From: Planctomycetota bacterium
GTDB taxonomy: Bacteria > Planctomycetota > B15-G4
DNA: 64,000 bases
Direction of reading: 5' to 3'
NCBI GenBank assembly: GCA_965248575.1
Contig: CBDFJQ010000002.1
Coordinates: forward strand, 4,992,001-5,056,000
Shown here: one piece after another, positions 1-10,400 of the stretch
Layout: each line of letters opens with the position of its first letter
How positions within the stretch are numbered: the stretch's first letter is position 1
Made by a program: the position numbers and the translations under genes
The notes under the pieces: model-generated
Databases searched by the model: none
What the model was told of the DNA's origin: nothing
Seen by the model: the letters and a program-made list of their open reading frames with translations, nothing else

Positions 1-90
1 GGCCACCAAGAATCCGAAGAGCAAACCCAACAGCAGCAGTATGCGAGCCCATGGGGGCAAGCCGCGGGGGGTCGCGGGATGGTTCGTCAT
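1..90 (-). CDS. 5' end of a membrane or exported protein running off the left edge (partial)
   Basis: Minus strand from ATG at 90 reads MTNHPATPRGLPPWARILLLLGLLFGFLVA, open to the window edge, with a hydrophobic helix; divergent from the cysteine synthase gene. Confidence 0.5.
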   Translation of the reverse strand, partial: MTNHPATPRGLPPWARILLLLGLLFGFLVA

Positions 91-326
91 CGCAGGTGTG
101 GACACGGGGTCTCCGGCTCCAGGAACGCTGGGCCCAGCTGCCTCGGAGCAAATCGTCCTCACGCCTCGCTCACGAAGTCTTTCCTCAGGCCCGGGCACTT
201 TCCGAATCAAGGCCCCCCGAATCAAGGGATGCGGCCGGAGTCTGGTGACGTCCAGATCCTGAGTGGGCGCCCGGCGACTTTGCGTCTGCGCACTGAGGCC
301 CATAGTCGGGCGGGAACAGTGGGCGG

Positions 327-1382
327 ATGCTGGGCCTCATGCACAAGCTCATGACCCCTCTGACCCGGGAGCTGACCCTACGGCGGTTGGCTGCTCTGGA
401 TGACCTCATTGGCGACACGCCCCTGCTGGCCATCGAGCTGCTGGATGACGGCCAGCCCCGAACCCTCTACGCCAAGCTCGAGAGCAAGAACTTCACGGGC
501 AGTATCAAGGACCGCATGGCCTTCCATATCCTTGAATCAGCATATGAGCGCGGTGAGATCGAGCCTGGGGCCACGATCGTCGAGGCCACCAGTGGAAACA
601 CCGGGATCTCCTTCGCTGCTGTGGGCCGTGCCATGGGTCACCCCGTGCGGATCTTCATGCCCGACTGGATGAGCCAGGAGCGGGTGGCGGTGATTCGCAG
701 TCTAGGTGCGGAGATCATTCCGGTGTCCATGGAGGAGGGGGGCTTTCTGGGAGCGATCAGGCTGGCGGAGCAGGATGCCGGGGACGGGCGCAGCCAGGTC
801 TTCCACCCGCGTCAGTTCGAGAGCGAATCCAATGTCGAGGCCCATGCCATGGCGACGGGGCCCGAGCTGGTGGACCAGTTGGGCAGCTTGGGCCTGACCC
901 CGACGGCCTTCGTAGCGGGGGTAGGCACCGGGGGCACCGTCATGGGCGTCGGGCGGTTCTTCCGGGAGCAGGTCCCCCAGGCCACGGTCCATCCCCTGGA
1001 GCCAGCGGACTCTCCCACTTTGCGTACAGGAACGAAGGTCGGGAAGCACCGGATCCAAGGCATCAGCGACGAGTTCATTCCGCCCATCGTGGATCTCGCC
1101 GGCCTGGACGAGATCGTCGATGTTCGGGACGGTGATGCGATCCTCATGGCGCAGCGCCTGGCGGAACAGCTGGGCCTCGCCGTGGGCATCAGCTCCGGCG
1201 CGAACTTCGTCGGCGCCCTGAAATGTGCGCGGCAGCAAGGCCCTGAGGCCGTGGTGGCGACAGTCTTCCCGGACAGCAACAAGAAGTACCTCTCCACGGA
1301 CCTATGTCGCGTTGAGCCCGTGCAGGATGGAGACCTGACACCTCACGTGCAGCTGCTCACCTTCCGTGTCGTGAAGGTCTGA
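327..1382 (+). CDS. cysK: PLP-dependent cysteine synthase family protein (CysK/CysM)
   Basis: [15 protein letters not shown] (PLP lysine), [39 protein letters not shown] motifs. Start could be 327, 339 or 351. Confidence 0.9.
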   Translation: MLGLMHKLMTPLTRELTLRRLAALDDLIGDTPLLAIELLDDGQPRTLYAKLESKNFTGSIKDRMAFHILESAYERGEIEPGATIVEATSGNTGISFAAVGRAMGHPVRIFMPDWMSQERVAVIRSLGAEIIPVSMEEGGFLGAIRLAEQDAGDGRSQVFHPRQFESESNVEAHAMATGPELVDQLGSLGLTPTAFVAGVGTGGTVMGVGRFFREQVPQATVHPLEPADSPTLRTGTKVGKHRIQGISDEFIPPIVDLAGLDEIVDVRDGDAILMAQRLAEQLGLAVGISSGANFVGALKCARQQGPEAVVATVFPDSNKKYLSTDLCRVEPVQDGDLTPHVQLLTFRVVKV

Positions 1383-1439
1383 ACACCGTTCGGTCACACC
1401 GCGTGGCCTCTTGATGACGACACCGTTCAGTCACCCCGC
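1383..1439. repeat. Imperfect 20-bp direct repeat, two copies
   Basis: ACACCGTTCGGTCACACCGC (1383-1402) and ACACCGTTCAGTCACCCCGC (1420-1439), 2 mismatches. Confidence 0.6.
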
Positions 1440-1594
1440 CCAAGGGGGCATTCGTACGATGGGGGCTTCGCGACGCGTTGCGCCGGTGCGACGTCGGTCA
1501 CGAAGTGATGCGGATCGCACAGGGCAGCGTGGGGTCGACCGTTCTCGGTGAGGTCACTGAAGTGCGGCGGCCGTCAGGAACGAAGGAGAACAGC

Positions 1595-1834
1595 GTGGCT
1601 GATCGCAGCGGCACGAGGCAGGGTGAGTGGTGTGCAGGGGGAGGGTCCACGGAACTGGGGGCGGGCCAACGACCAGCGCGCCGGTCTTTCGAGAGCCGCG
1701 AGCGTCTGCGCCGTCGCAGAAGCCAACTGGTCCACAGCGCGCCGGCCCGTGTCGCCGCCTGGCGCTCCTTGCGGAAACGCCACCGCTGGGATTGGTTGAC
1801 TCACTTGTTCAGCCGCAAGCGACCCGCGACCTGA
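1595..1834 (+). CDS. Small Arg-rich hypothetical protein (79 aa)
   Basis: AAGGAG just upstream of GTG at 1595; fills the gap before the convergent kinase gene. No recognisable family. Confidence 0.35.
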   Translation: MADRSGTRQGEWCAGGGSTELGAGQRPARRSFESRERLRRRRSQLVHSAPARVAAWRSLRKRHRWDWLTHLFSRKRPAT

Positions 1835-1840
1835 ATTCAC

Positions 1841-3958
1841 TCAGCTCTGGTTGTGGTCGCTGTGTGTGCTGCCGATCCGACTTGGTGACCAGGGCTTGGC
1901 CTTCATGAGTGTCTCCACGAAGGCCCAGAGGGCCCACAGGCCCCAGCACCAGAAGAGCACCCATGCGATGGACTCGTGGCCAAACAAGGCAGCGCCACCG
2001 ATGAACACGGCCGGCCAGAACATCTTCTGCGCTGCCTCGCTCAGGTCGAACTCCCATTCGGTCCTGCCTCGGTGCCCCAAGCGGATGTCGCCCTCGAAGC
2101 TGTCGGCCTCCAGTTGGCCGTCGCCCATGCCCACGACGCCTTCCATGAAAGACTGACCCAGGACCGGGTCGACGGAATCGAGGTTGCAAGTGAGGGCTCC
2201 TGAAAGCGTCCGGACGTCGTAGCGGAAGCTGCAGGAGGTCTCGGCGACTCCGATGTCGATGGAGCCACTGTCGCTGTGCAGCTTTCCTCGGCCCGAAGAC
2301 ATGCGCAGGCCATTCAGGACGACGCGTCCCTTGCGTGTGTTGACGATGAAGTCGTCGCTGACGAGTCCGTTGATGGAGACCGAACCGCCTTCGGTGCGTT
2401 CCAGCTCCAGTCTGCCGGCGTGGTCGCGGACCTTGGCGATGCCGCTGCCGGGGTCAAAGCGCAGCGGGGCGCGCAGACTGGAAACTGTCGCATTCACTTC
2501 GACACCAGAGATCCGCACGGGGAGGTCCTCCGGCAGATGCACCGTCGCCTCGTGCTTCGGCAGTTGGATCTCGAGGCCCGTAAGGGAGTCGGCCTCGGTA
2601 CCTGTCCAGTTGCTGGACTGGGCTTCGACGCTCGTGAGCTTGACCTTCTTGATCTTGCCGTCGGTACTGATGCCGATTTCCGGGCGTGACCACGTGCGAA
2701 TCTCGAGATCCTCGTCGGTCTCCAGGCAGATGCGAACCCAGGCGGCCTCCTTCTGGCCCAGGGCCTGATCCGTCTTGGAATCCACCACGGTGATCGAGCG
2801 CGTGCCAGTGAAGCGGTAGGGCTGGGGGTCGCGCACGGCCCTGGGGAAGTCTGCTGCTGCTCCCGCGACCGCTCCTGCGGCAGCCACGGCCGGGGTCGGC
2901 TTGGGCCCCGGGCCACCTCTTCGCACCGAGGCGATGTCGGTGCCGAGGTCGCTGGCGCTTTGGTAGCGGCGGTCTGGTTCATTGTGCAGCGCCTTCAGCA
3001 CCAACTTGTCGACGCCCGCCGTGACTTTCGCGGCATGGCTCGGTGGGTCGAAGTGCCCAGCCGGCAACTTTCCAGTGAGCAATTCGTAGAGCACGACACC
3101 CAGGGCGTAGATGTCCGCGCGGTGGTCGACCCGGGCTGAGCTCTTCTGCTCGGGCGCCATGTAGTTGTAGGTCCCGAGCACGACATTGGTGCCCGTGAGA
3201 TTCGCCGATGGATGCTCATCCCGCAGGACTTTGGCCAGGCCGAAATCCACGACGCGCGGTTCGCCGTTGCTGTCGATGAGGATGTTCTCGGGCTTGATGT
3301 CACGGTGCACGATGCCCTGGTCGTGGGCGAAGTGCAGGGCATCACAGACCTTGCCGACCACCGCCAGGGCCTGGTCGGGCGCGATCGTCTCGCGGGCCAT
3401 GAGCTGCCGCAGGTTGACGCCCGGAACGAACTCCATCACGAAGTAGTGCACATCGCCCTGGCTGCCCATGTCGTGGATGGCCACGATGTTCGCGTGTACC
3501 AGCTTGGCGAGGGCGCGCGCCTCGCGCTGGAAACGCTGGACGAGCTGTGCGTCCCGGGCGAGGTTGGGGGACAGCACCTTGATGGCGAGGATGCGGTCGA
3601 GGTGCAGATGCTTGGCGCGGTAGATGCGCCCCATGGCTCCCTCGCCGATGACCGACTCCAAGCGGTACTGGCCGAGCAGCGAGCCCTCGGGGAGAGCGTC
3701 CCCGTTGTCGTTGAGGACCGGGTGGCTGGGGGTGCCCTTGCCGCCGAAGGTCGGGTGGGCGCCGTGGTTGGTGGCCGCCAGCCGTTCCATGCGGTCCTGG
3801 ACCTCGAAGTAGCCGGCGAGGTCGTCCGCCAGATCGGGGTGCGCGGCCAGGAGAGCCTTGCGATCAGGGTTGTCCCCCTGGTCGAGCTGGCAGAGGTAGT
3901 CGGCGAGCACGGCTTGAAAACGGTCCGCCCTGTCTGGGCTGGGGCTAGGCTGGGTCAT
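1841..3958 (-). CDS. Hanks-type Ser/Thr protein kinase with C-terminal DUF4097/adhesin-like beta-rich region and two terminal TM helices
   Basis: GEGAMG, AIKVL, HRDIKPEN, DFGLAK, YMAPEQ, DIYALG. N-terminal 'LADYLCQLDQG..LLAAHPDLA' is typical of kinases downstream of planctomycete ECF sigmas. ATG at 3958 overlaps the sigma stop (ATGA). Confidence 0.9.
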   Translation of the reverse strand: MTQPSPSPDRADRFQAVLADYLCQLDQGDNPDRKALLAAHPDLADDLAGYFEVQDRMERLAATNHGAHPTFGGKGTPSHPVLNDNGDALPEGSLLGQYRLESVIGEGAMGRIYRAKHLHLDRILAIKVLSPNLARDAQLVQRFQREARALAKLVHANIVAIHDMGSQGDVHYFVMEFVPGVNLRQLMARETIAPDQALAVVGKVCDALHFAHDQGIVHRDIKPENILIDSNGEPRVVDFGLAKVLRDEHPSANLTGTNVVLGTYNYMAPEQKSSARVDHRADIYALGVVLYELLTGKLPAGHFDPPSHAAKVTAGVDKLVLKALHNEPDRRYQSASDLGTDIASVRRGGPGPKPTPAVAAAGAVAGAAADFPRAVRDPQPYRFTGTRSITVVDSKTDQALGQKEAAWVRICLETDEDLEIRTWSRPEIGISTDGKIKKVKLTSVEAQSSNWTGTEADSLTGLEIQLPKHEATVHLPEDLPVRISGVEVNATVSSLRAPLRFDPGSGIAKVRDHAGRLELERTEGGSVSINGLVSDDFIVNTRKGRVVLNGLRMSSGRGKLHSDSGSIDIGVAETSCSFRYDVRTLSGALTCNLDSVDPVLGQSFMEGVVGMGDGQLEADSFEGDIRLGHRGRTEWEFDLSEAAQKMFWPAVFIGGAALFGHESIAWVLFWCWGLWALWAFVETLMKAKPWSPSRIGSTHSDHNQS

Positions 3959-4539
3959 GAGTCCTCCAAGGACACGAGCAGTTCCCTGAGTTGCGACAGA
4001 CCTCGGTGCAGCAAGCCAGCGGCGGCTGCCGTGCTGCGGTCCATGCGTTCGGCGATTTCCGCCAGGGAACACGATTGCCAGTAACGGAGGACGATGGCCT
4101 GAGCCTGGGCTTCGGGGAGGGCGCTGAGCCCATCCGACAAGCGCAGCAAGCGCTCGTGCCCCACCAGGATTTCGCTGGGGCTCGCCTGATCTGCAGCGAG
4201 CCAGGCGGCCACGTCGAGGCCGCTTCGTTCCAGGGCAGGTCCCAGCGCACGCTCCAGCGGCACCTCCCGGTCCACATCGCGCTTGGCCCGACGCAGGTCG
4301 CGCAGGGCGTTCTTCACGTTGTGCCCCAGGATTCGCCGCAGCCAGCCCGCCAGTTGGGCCGAGTTGCTGCCGCGAAAGTGCTCGCGATCCCGGTGGGCTT
4401 CAAGGAGCGTCTGCTGGACGATGTCGGATGCATCGAGGCGCTCCTTGAGCCTGGGGTGCAACTGCGCCCTGGCCAGGACGTGGAGATAGCTCCGGTACCT
4501 GTCCAGGGGCGGAAGTTGTGGCGAGACGTGTGGGTTCAT
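3955..4539 (-). CDS. ECF RNA polymerase sigma-70 factor, planctomycete-type
   Basis: YRSYLHVLARAQL..RLDASDIVQQTLLEAHR..FRG..WLRRIL (region 2); AIVLRYWQSCSLAEIAERMDRS..GLLHRGL (region 4). Confidence 0.92.
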   Translation of the reverse strand: MNPHVSPQLPPLDRYRSYLHVLARAQLHPRLKERLDASDIVQQTLLEAHRDREHFRGSNSAQLAGWLRRILGHNVKNALRDLRRAKRDVDREVPLERALGPALERSGLDVAAWLAADQASPSEILVGHERLLRLSDGLSALPEAQAQAIVLRYWQSCSLAEIAERMDRSTAAAAGLLHRGLSQLRELLVSLEDS

Positions 4540-4689
4540 TCCATGTCCTCGGAGCTCTAGGCACCGTGGTTCGAGAAACTACGCGCAGAAAATCCCGGCT
4601 GTTCGATTGTCGCAGATCGGACACCCTAGCGGCCTTGACGCGAAGCGGGGAGGCTGATGTCCTGAGGTGGAACCTCCCGGGAGATTGCC

Positions 4690-6120
4690 ATGCATCCGTC
4701 TACCTTTCGTTCCTCGGGCCTCTTGCCTGGCCGCCTGAGCCTGGGGCTCTTGGCCTCAGCCTGCCTGCTCGCCTGCAGCGTCTCGTTCGACGGTGGTGGG
4801 AGCTACTCCGGGGATGGTGTGCCCTACAACGGCAGCACGTCCAGCATCAGCCACTGGAACGGCACCGTGAAGCTGGAGATGAGTTGGGGGCAGGACGGGC
4901 ACGGATTCCGCTATGAGTGGAATGGGCAGGCGATGCCGAGTCTCACAGCTGATGAAGCAGACTTCGTCGTGCCTGAGGGGGGGCGGCTGCTGCTCGCCGA
5001 GTATCAGGGTGATGAGAAGCTGGGCGGTGTGATCCTCGAGAACGTGGACGGTGTGCTGATCCGCGACTTCGAGTTGGATGGGGTGCCCCTCGAGTACGGG
5101 CCGGAGGGCGCTGAGTGGTTGGGGGAGGCCATTCAATCGGCCATCGCCTACATGGGCCTCGGCGCCAGTTCGCGCGTGCCCCGACTCCATGGCGAAGGAG
5201 GTCTGGCTGCCGTGCTGTCCGACATCGAACAACGGCAGACCGACTCAGCCCGATCCCGCTACTACGAGTTCGTGGCGGAGTCTTCAGTTTTCTCCTCTGA
5301 GGAGATAGCCACCGCCGTGGAACACGCTGGACCCCGCGTCCACTCCGACGCGCATCTGGCCGACGTACTCGAGGATGCAGCAGAGGCTCGACCCGGCGAC
5401 ACGGTGGTGATGCGCGGCATCCTGGAAGCCGCGCCCAACATCGATTCGGATGCGCATCTCACCGATCTGCTTGAGACGCTTGTGGAGGAGGGCGGCGCCC
5501 GGGGCGAGGAGCTGACTCGAATCCTCGAGCTGGCCGCCGACCTGATCGACAGTGATGCCCACCTGGCCGACCTCTTGGAAGAGGTTGCGGTACGTGGTGG
5601 GCTCGAAGGTGTGACCACAGCTGCATTCATCCGGGCCCTCGGCGCGGTGAGGTCCGACGCCCACGCTGCGGACATCCTGGAGGATCTCGTGGCGAGCAGC
5701 GGCGTCTCCTCCGAGTTGCTCACCAGCTTGCTGAGCCGGACGGCGCTACAGATCGCGAGTGATGCGCACTTGGCAGATGTGTTGAAGGACGTCCCGCTGG
5801 CCCGCTTGAAGGAAGCCGGTGTCCGGATGGCATTCCTCGAAGCCGTGCAAAGCATCGCTTCGGATGCCCACGCTGCCGATGTCCTGGAAGACCTCATGAG
5901 CACCAGCGACCACGCGGCGCTGGCGGACTTCGTTCGTGCAGCCGGGGACGGCATCGCGAGCGATGCGCATCTGGCGGACGTCCTTGAGGATGTGAACCCG
6001 TCGACTCTTGAATTCGCAGACGTCCGTCGTGCGATGCGCGATGCGCTGCAGAAGATTGACTCGAAGGCGCACCGGAAGTCTGTGTTGCGGCGTTTCCCGA
6101 AAGGTGCCCTGGACGATTGA
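4690..6120 (+). CDS. Lipoprotein with tandem alpha-helical SDAH repeats
   Basis: Signal ending LLAC; seven copies of [IV]xSDAH[LA][AT]D[VIL]L at 33-35 aa spacing plus a degenerate eighth. Confidence 0.8.
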   Translation: MHPSTFRSSGLLPGRLSLGLLASACLLACSVSFDGGGSYSGDGVPYNGSTSSISHWNGTVKLEMSWGQDGHGFRYEWNGQAMPSLTADEADFVVPEGGRLLLAEYQGDEKLGGVILENVDGVLIRDFELDGVPLEYGPEGAEWLGEAIQSAIAYMGLGASSRVPRLHGEGGLAAVLSDIEQRQTDSARSRYYEFVAESSVFSSEEIATAVEHAGPRVHSDAHLADVLEDAAEARPGDTVVMRGILEAAPNIDSDAHLTDLLETLVEEGGARGEELTRILELAADLIDSDAHLADLLEEVAVRGGLEGVTTAAFIRALGAVRSDAHAADILEDLVASSGVSSELLTSLLSRTALQIASDAHLADVLKDVPLARLKEAGVRMAFLEAVQSIASDAHAADVLEDLMSTSDHAALADFVRAAGDGIASDAHLADVLEDVNPSTLEFADVRRAMRDALQKIDSKAHRKSVLRRFPKGALDD

Positions 6121-6779
6121 CGACTGATCGTTCGCTGGGGGGGGGCGTCCTGCCGGTCACCGAGCTGAAGCAGCAGTTTGGCTCCATCGACATCTATCTC
6201 TTTGACCAACTGCTCAGGGGGCGCGTGGCGCCCGGAACGGCGGTGCTCGATGCGGGCTGTGGGCAGGGGCGAAACCTGCACTACCTGATTCGGGCGGGCT
6301 TCGACGTTCACGCCCTGGATCGCAAGGCCGAGCGGCTCGCTTCCCTGCAGGACTGGGCGCGTGAGCACGCTCCGTCTTGGTGCACCCAACGGGCGGTGCA
6401 AGGCCAACTGTCTGCCTTGCCCTATGCCGACTCCAGCTTCGGTGCAGTGCTTGCTTCGGCCGTCCTGCACTTCGCTCGGGACCCGGGCCAGTTCACGACT
6501 CAGCTGAACGAACTCTGGCGGGTGCTTGCCCCCGGGGGGGTGCTCTGGACGCGGCTTGCTTCATCCATCGGGTTGGAGCAGCAGCTCACGGCTCTGGGTG
6601 AGCAACGCTTCCTCCTGCCGGACGGCAGCCAGCGCTTCCTCGTGAGCGAGCAGGATCTCTTGAAGCACACGGCGGATCTGGGCGGAGTGCTGGCGGACCC
6701 CATCAAGACGACGAACGTCCAAGGGCTGCGATGCATGACGACCTGGGTGCTGAACAAGCCAGCGCGACCGTCGACCTAG
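6117..6779 (+). CDS. Class I SAM-dependent methyltransferase
   Basis: VLDAGCGQGRN motif I; LPYADSSFGAVLASAVLHF; RVLAPGG. TTG start overlaps the upstream TGA. Confidence 0.88.
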   Translation: MTTDRSLGGGVLPVTELKQQFGSIDIYLFDQLLRGRVAPGTAVLDAGCGQGRNLHYLIRAGFDVHALDRKAERLASLQDWAREHAPSWCTQRAVQGQLSALPYADSSFGAVLASAVLHFARDPGQFTTQLNELWRVLAPGGVLWTRLASSIGLEQQLTALGEQRFLLPDGSQRFLVSEQDLLKHTADLGGVLADPIKTTNVQGLRCMTTWVLNKPARPST

Positions 6780-6812
6780 GCTCGGAGGCTGGTCCACACG
6801 GTTCCCAGCGCC

Positions 6813-7295
6813 CTAGAGGCTGAACCACGAAATGCCGGAGGGCCCGGCGCCCAACATGTTGAGCCGGAGTTCGCCGGTGTTCAGGCAGTAGATCCAGCCC
6901 GCGAAGCTCGACGGTCCCGGGGGCATCCGTTCGATGATCAAGATGTCGGAGCGATCGAGGATGGGGTTCTTCGGAAAGGACTGCCGCAGGTAGGGGCCGA
7001 AGCGGCGGCCGGCTTCTCCGCCCGCTGTGGTTCGACCGGTCAGCTGGACTTCCAGCCTCCGGCTCGGCCAGGTGTCGCCGTGATCGATGCGGTAGTACTC
7101 GATGGCCTGGCGCAGGACCGCGAGGTTGGTGACCGCATTGGCTTCCTTGGTCTCGAGCGTGGCAGACCTCATGCGTGGAATGACCACGGCGGAGAGGATG
7201 CCGAGCAGGGTCACGACGATCAGCAGCTCGATGAGCGTGAAGCCCGCGCTGCGCGCTGCGGCGGGTCGCCGTTCTGTGAATGAGGTCACGGGCAT
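6813..7295 (-). CDS. Type IV pilin / GspG-like major pseudopilin
   Basis: Prepilin cleavage/methylation motif AG|FTLIELLIVV; LRQAIEYYRIDHG..P and GPYL..PKNP. Confidence 0.88.
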   Translation of the reverse strand: MPVTSFTERRPAAARSAGFTLIELLIVVTLLGILSAVVIPRMRSATLETKEANAVTNLAVLRQAIEYYRIDHGDTWPSRRLEVQLTGRTTAGGEAGRRFGPYLRQSFPKNPILDRSDILIIERMPPGPSSFAGWIYCLNTGELRLNMLGAGPSGISWFSL

Positions 7296-7342
7296 GGATT
7301 GGCGCTCACGGCGTTCTGAGGCAAGGGGTCGGGGACCTATCG

Positions 7343-7387
7343 AAAAGAGCGGCGTGTGGGATGAACTTCAAACCCACACGCCGCTCT
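7343..7387 (-). terminator. Intrinsic terminator downstream of the M36 protease gene
   Basis: Perfect 15-bp inverted repeat AGAGCGGCGTGTGGG (7346-7360) / CCCACACGCCGCTCT (7373-7387), followed by a short U-tract on the minus strand. Confidence 0.7.
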
Positions 7388-7453
7388 CTGAAACTCTTGC
7401 GGAGAATTAGCGGAAGCGCGCCTAGGCGCCCGCCACCCGCCGTTCGTCGCCGA

Positions 7454-10400
7454 TCAGGGCAGGACGAGCGCCTCCAAGGCATTGCTGATCGCGTAGCCAC
7501 CGGGGAGCGCAGCATCCACCGCAGCCGCTTGGATGTAGACCGTGACAGGTCCGCCGCCGCCCGGAACGCTGACGCTCACGAAGCCACTCGGGTCCGCCAC
7601 GCGCACGAGGGTGACCAGAATGGGTAGCGGCACCAACGTCCCGCCTTCGAAGGGCGTGGGGTTGTTGGACAGCCCGCCGATCAGGAACACCAGCCCGTTC
7701 GACGGAGCACCTGTCACCTCCATCGTGGAGAGGTTGCCGCTGGCCAAGGTCTGGCCACACAGGGTTAGTGCCATGGTTCCGGGGCCGCCGAAGCCGATGT
7801 CCGTCTGGCAAACCGTTCCGGCGCTGCATTCGAGCCGCACCACATCGAAGTCATCCACCATGGCCTCCACGATGGAACCCGTGCTCTCATCGCTGGCAAT
7901 GAAGCGCACCTGGATGGTGGAGGTGGGCGCGAGGATGTCGCTCACCGTGAACTCGTGGAAGAACCACCCGCCACCCGTCTCGGGGCCCGTCGGACCGACA
8001 GTCTCCACGTCGAGCCAGCTGGAGCCTCCGTTGTTGGAGATCTCCACTTCGAAGATGTCGGCATTGGGAGCGCCACCAGCGACGTTGTTGTACCAGCGCC
8101 AGTAGCGGATCAAGGCGTCGCCGGAAGAGAGGTCGATGACCGGCGACGTCAGGGTTGTCTGACCGCCGTCCACGTCGTTCTCTCCAACGCTGCCGCCTGT
8201 GCCTTGGCCTGTGAAGAAGCATTCGGTGCCCGACGGGGTGTGGTCGTCGCCCGATTGGGCGCTGGTGCCGAGCGGGTCATCCAGGACCCAGACACCGGTC
8301 GTGGCGTCATCGAAGGGCCCGCCGACCGACCAGCCGGAAGCTGCCTCGAAATCATCCGCGAAGAGCACCGTGGTGCTGGTGAACACCGTGGCCGAATAGA
8401 AGTCCGTGGGCGCCGTGTTAGGCGACGTCTGGACACCGGCCGTGGAGTCGACACTCACGTAGTAGTCGAGGGTGTCGAAGCAGTTGAGGGCCGGCAGGGC
8501 GGCGCTGTAGGTGTCCATGCCCGTGGGGGTCATGGCAGTGGCCGAGAAGGGCCCGCCGTTGATGGACGTGTGTAGCATGCCCGTGCCAGGCAGGGGCGTG
8601 TCGCTGCTAAGCGCGGTGACATCGACGGGGAAGGCCGTTGTCATGCCGGGGGACAACTGGTCAGGCTGTCCCGAGGCGAAGTCGAACACGATCAAGGCCG
8701 GGGTGTCGAAGGCCTCCACGATGCCCGTCGTCGTGCTGCCCGACGGGGAGCTGGCACTGTCGCCCATGCCGCGGTAGGCGAAGCCGCTCCAGAGCTCGGA
8801 GAGATGCGCACCCCCGAAGCCAGCGAGGTCCGCGGCGATGATCGCGTCCCTGGCCTCCAGCATGTTGGGGTTGCTGGGCATGAGCTTCAGCCCGTCCACC
8901 ACCAGCTGCATGATCAGGTCATTGGCCGCGAAGCCCATGCCGCCGTTCCACAGTTCGGAACGGCACTCGAGCAGGGCGTTGGTCCAGATCTCGCCCACGT
9001 TGTGCACCTCGTCGGCAGGGTTGCCGGAGAAGAGGCCGTTGTTGGGGATGCCGCCGGGGATCACCAGTTGTGCCGGGTCGAGGTCCGCGTAGGTGAGGGG
9101 GCTCTTGCCCAGGTCGTGGCTGTAGGGGTAGCGCCGGATGCCGTAGTAGTAGTTCTCGGTCGTTCCCAGGAAGTCCTTGGTGATGTAGCCGCCCATGGCG
9201 TACTCGGCTTCCGGGTCGTCGCTGGCTTCTGCACTCATGCAGACGCCGAAGAAGTCGCCCCAGCCCTCACCCATGCCGCCGGATTGCTCGCCGGAGACGG
9301 TGCCTCCGGAGAGGCGGATGGAGAGGCCGTGGACGTACTCGTGGTAGACGACGTCACCGTCGAAGTCGCCGTCCCGATCGGGCGTCGGCCCGTCGAAGAC
9401 GTACATCTGGATCCAGGTGAAGCCGCCGTCGGAACCGCTGCCGTTCCAGTTGGCGTTGTTTGTGCTGCCACCGTCCTGGGCGTCGGCCGAGACGGGGTCG
9501 CCGCCTACGCCACCGAGGCCGAAGTTGTCGACCTGGAAGTTGGAGGCCGGCTCATCGAACCCGTATCCGTACAGCACGTCGTGGATGTGATTCATGTAGT
9601 AGAAGAGCTGGGTGACCGCCGCGTCCTGGTAGGTCGTGGGGGACTGGGCGAAATCGATGGGGTAGTCGAAGACGCGGTAGGGGCTGCCGGCGGGGCGCGG
9701 CAGGTCGGGGGCGTTGTCGTTGTTCAGGTCCAGGTGCGCGTCGCAGTTGTTGCCGTTGGTCTCGTTGACACCGTCGGGGATCCAGCCTTCAGGGGAGCCG
9801 CTCGTGGCACCCGAGGTGACCAGCGTACGCGTGGTGAGCGGGAACTGCGTGGTGCCAGGTGTCGAGAGACCCGGGCTGCCGGGTGCGGGGCTGTCGCCCG
9901 TGAACACGTTGTAGGAAGCCGATTCCGAACCACCCACCAGGTACTTCAGGCGGTTGTCGCGGCGCAGGACGCTGCCGTCGATGGCGTCGACCATGATCTC
10001 GTAGGTGTTTCCGACTCCGTGTTCTGGGAGGACGACGACCCATGCGGGATGCAGGTTCAGGCGGTCCATGGGGAACAACACCAGCTCCGTCGTGACGGGG
10101 GTGTCCGCGCGGAAGTCAGGGCTCTGCGCCCAGGTCTGCAAGCTGCTCAGCCCCTGGGATGGGCCCGCTGTCCTGGGCTCCGCCGTGAGCGTGATGCCCA
10201 CGTTTGCCGCAGCCAAGAAGATGGCGTCGCTTGAGTTGATCTGTGCGCCGGGGACATCAAAGTCGGGATCGGGGCGCGGAACCATCGTGCTGGAGATGTT
10301 GACCAGCTCGCCGAGGCCCGTGACGTTGGCCTTGATCTCGGCGCCGAAGACATCGAGACCATTGACCTGTTGCTGATACGTCAAGTGCGTCAGGCCGTTG

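Noticed and set aside
5335..6075. Regularly spaced DNA repeats as CRISPR-like or mobile repeats
   Set aside because: Copies vary at synonymous positions; they are protein repeats.
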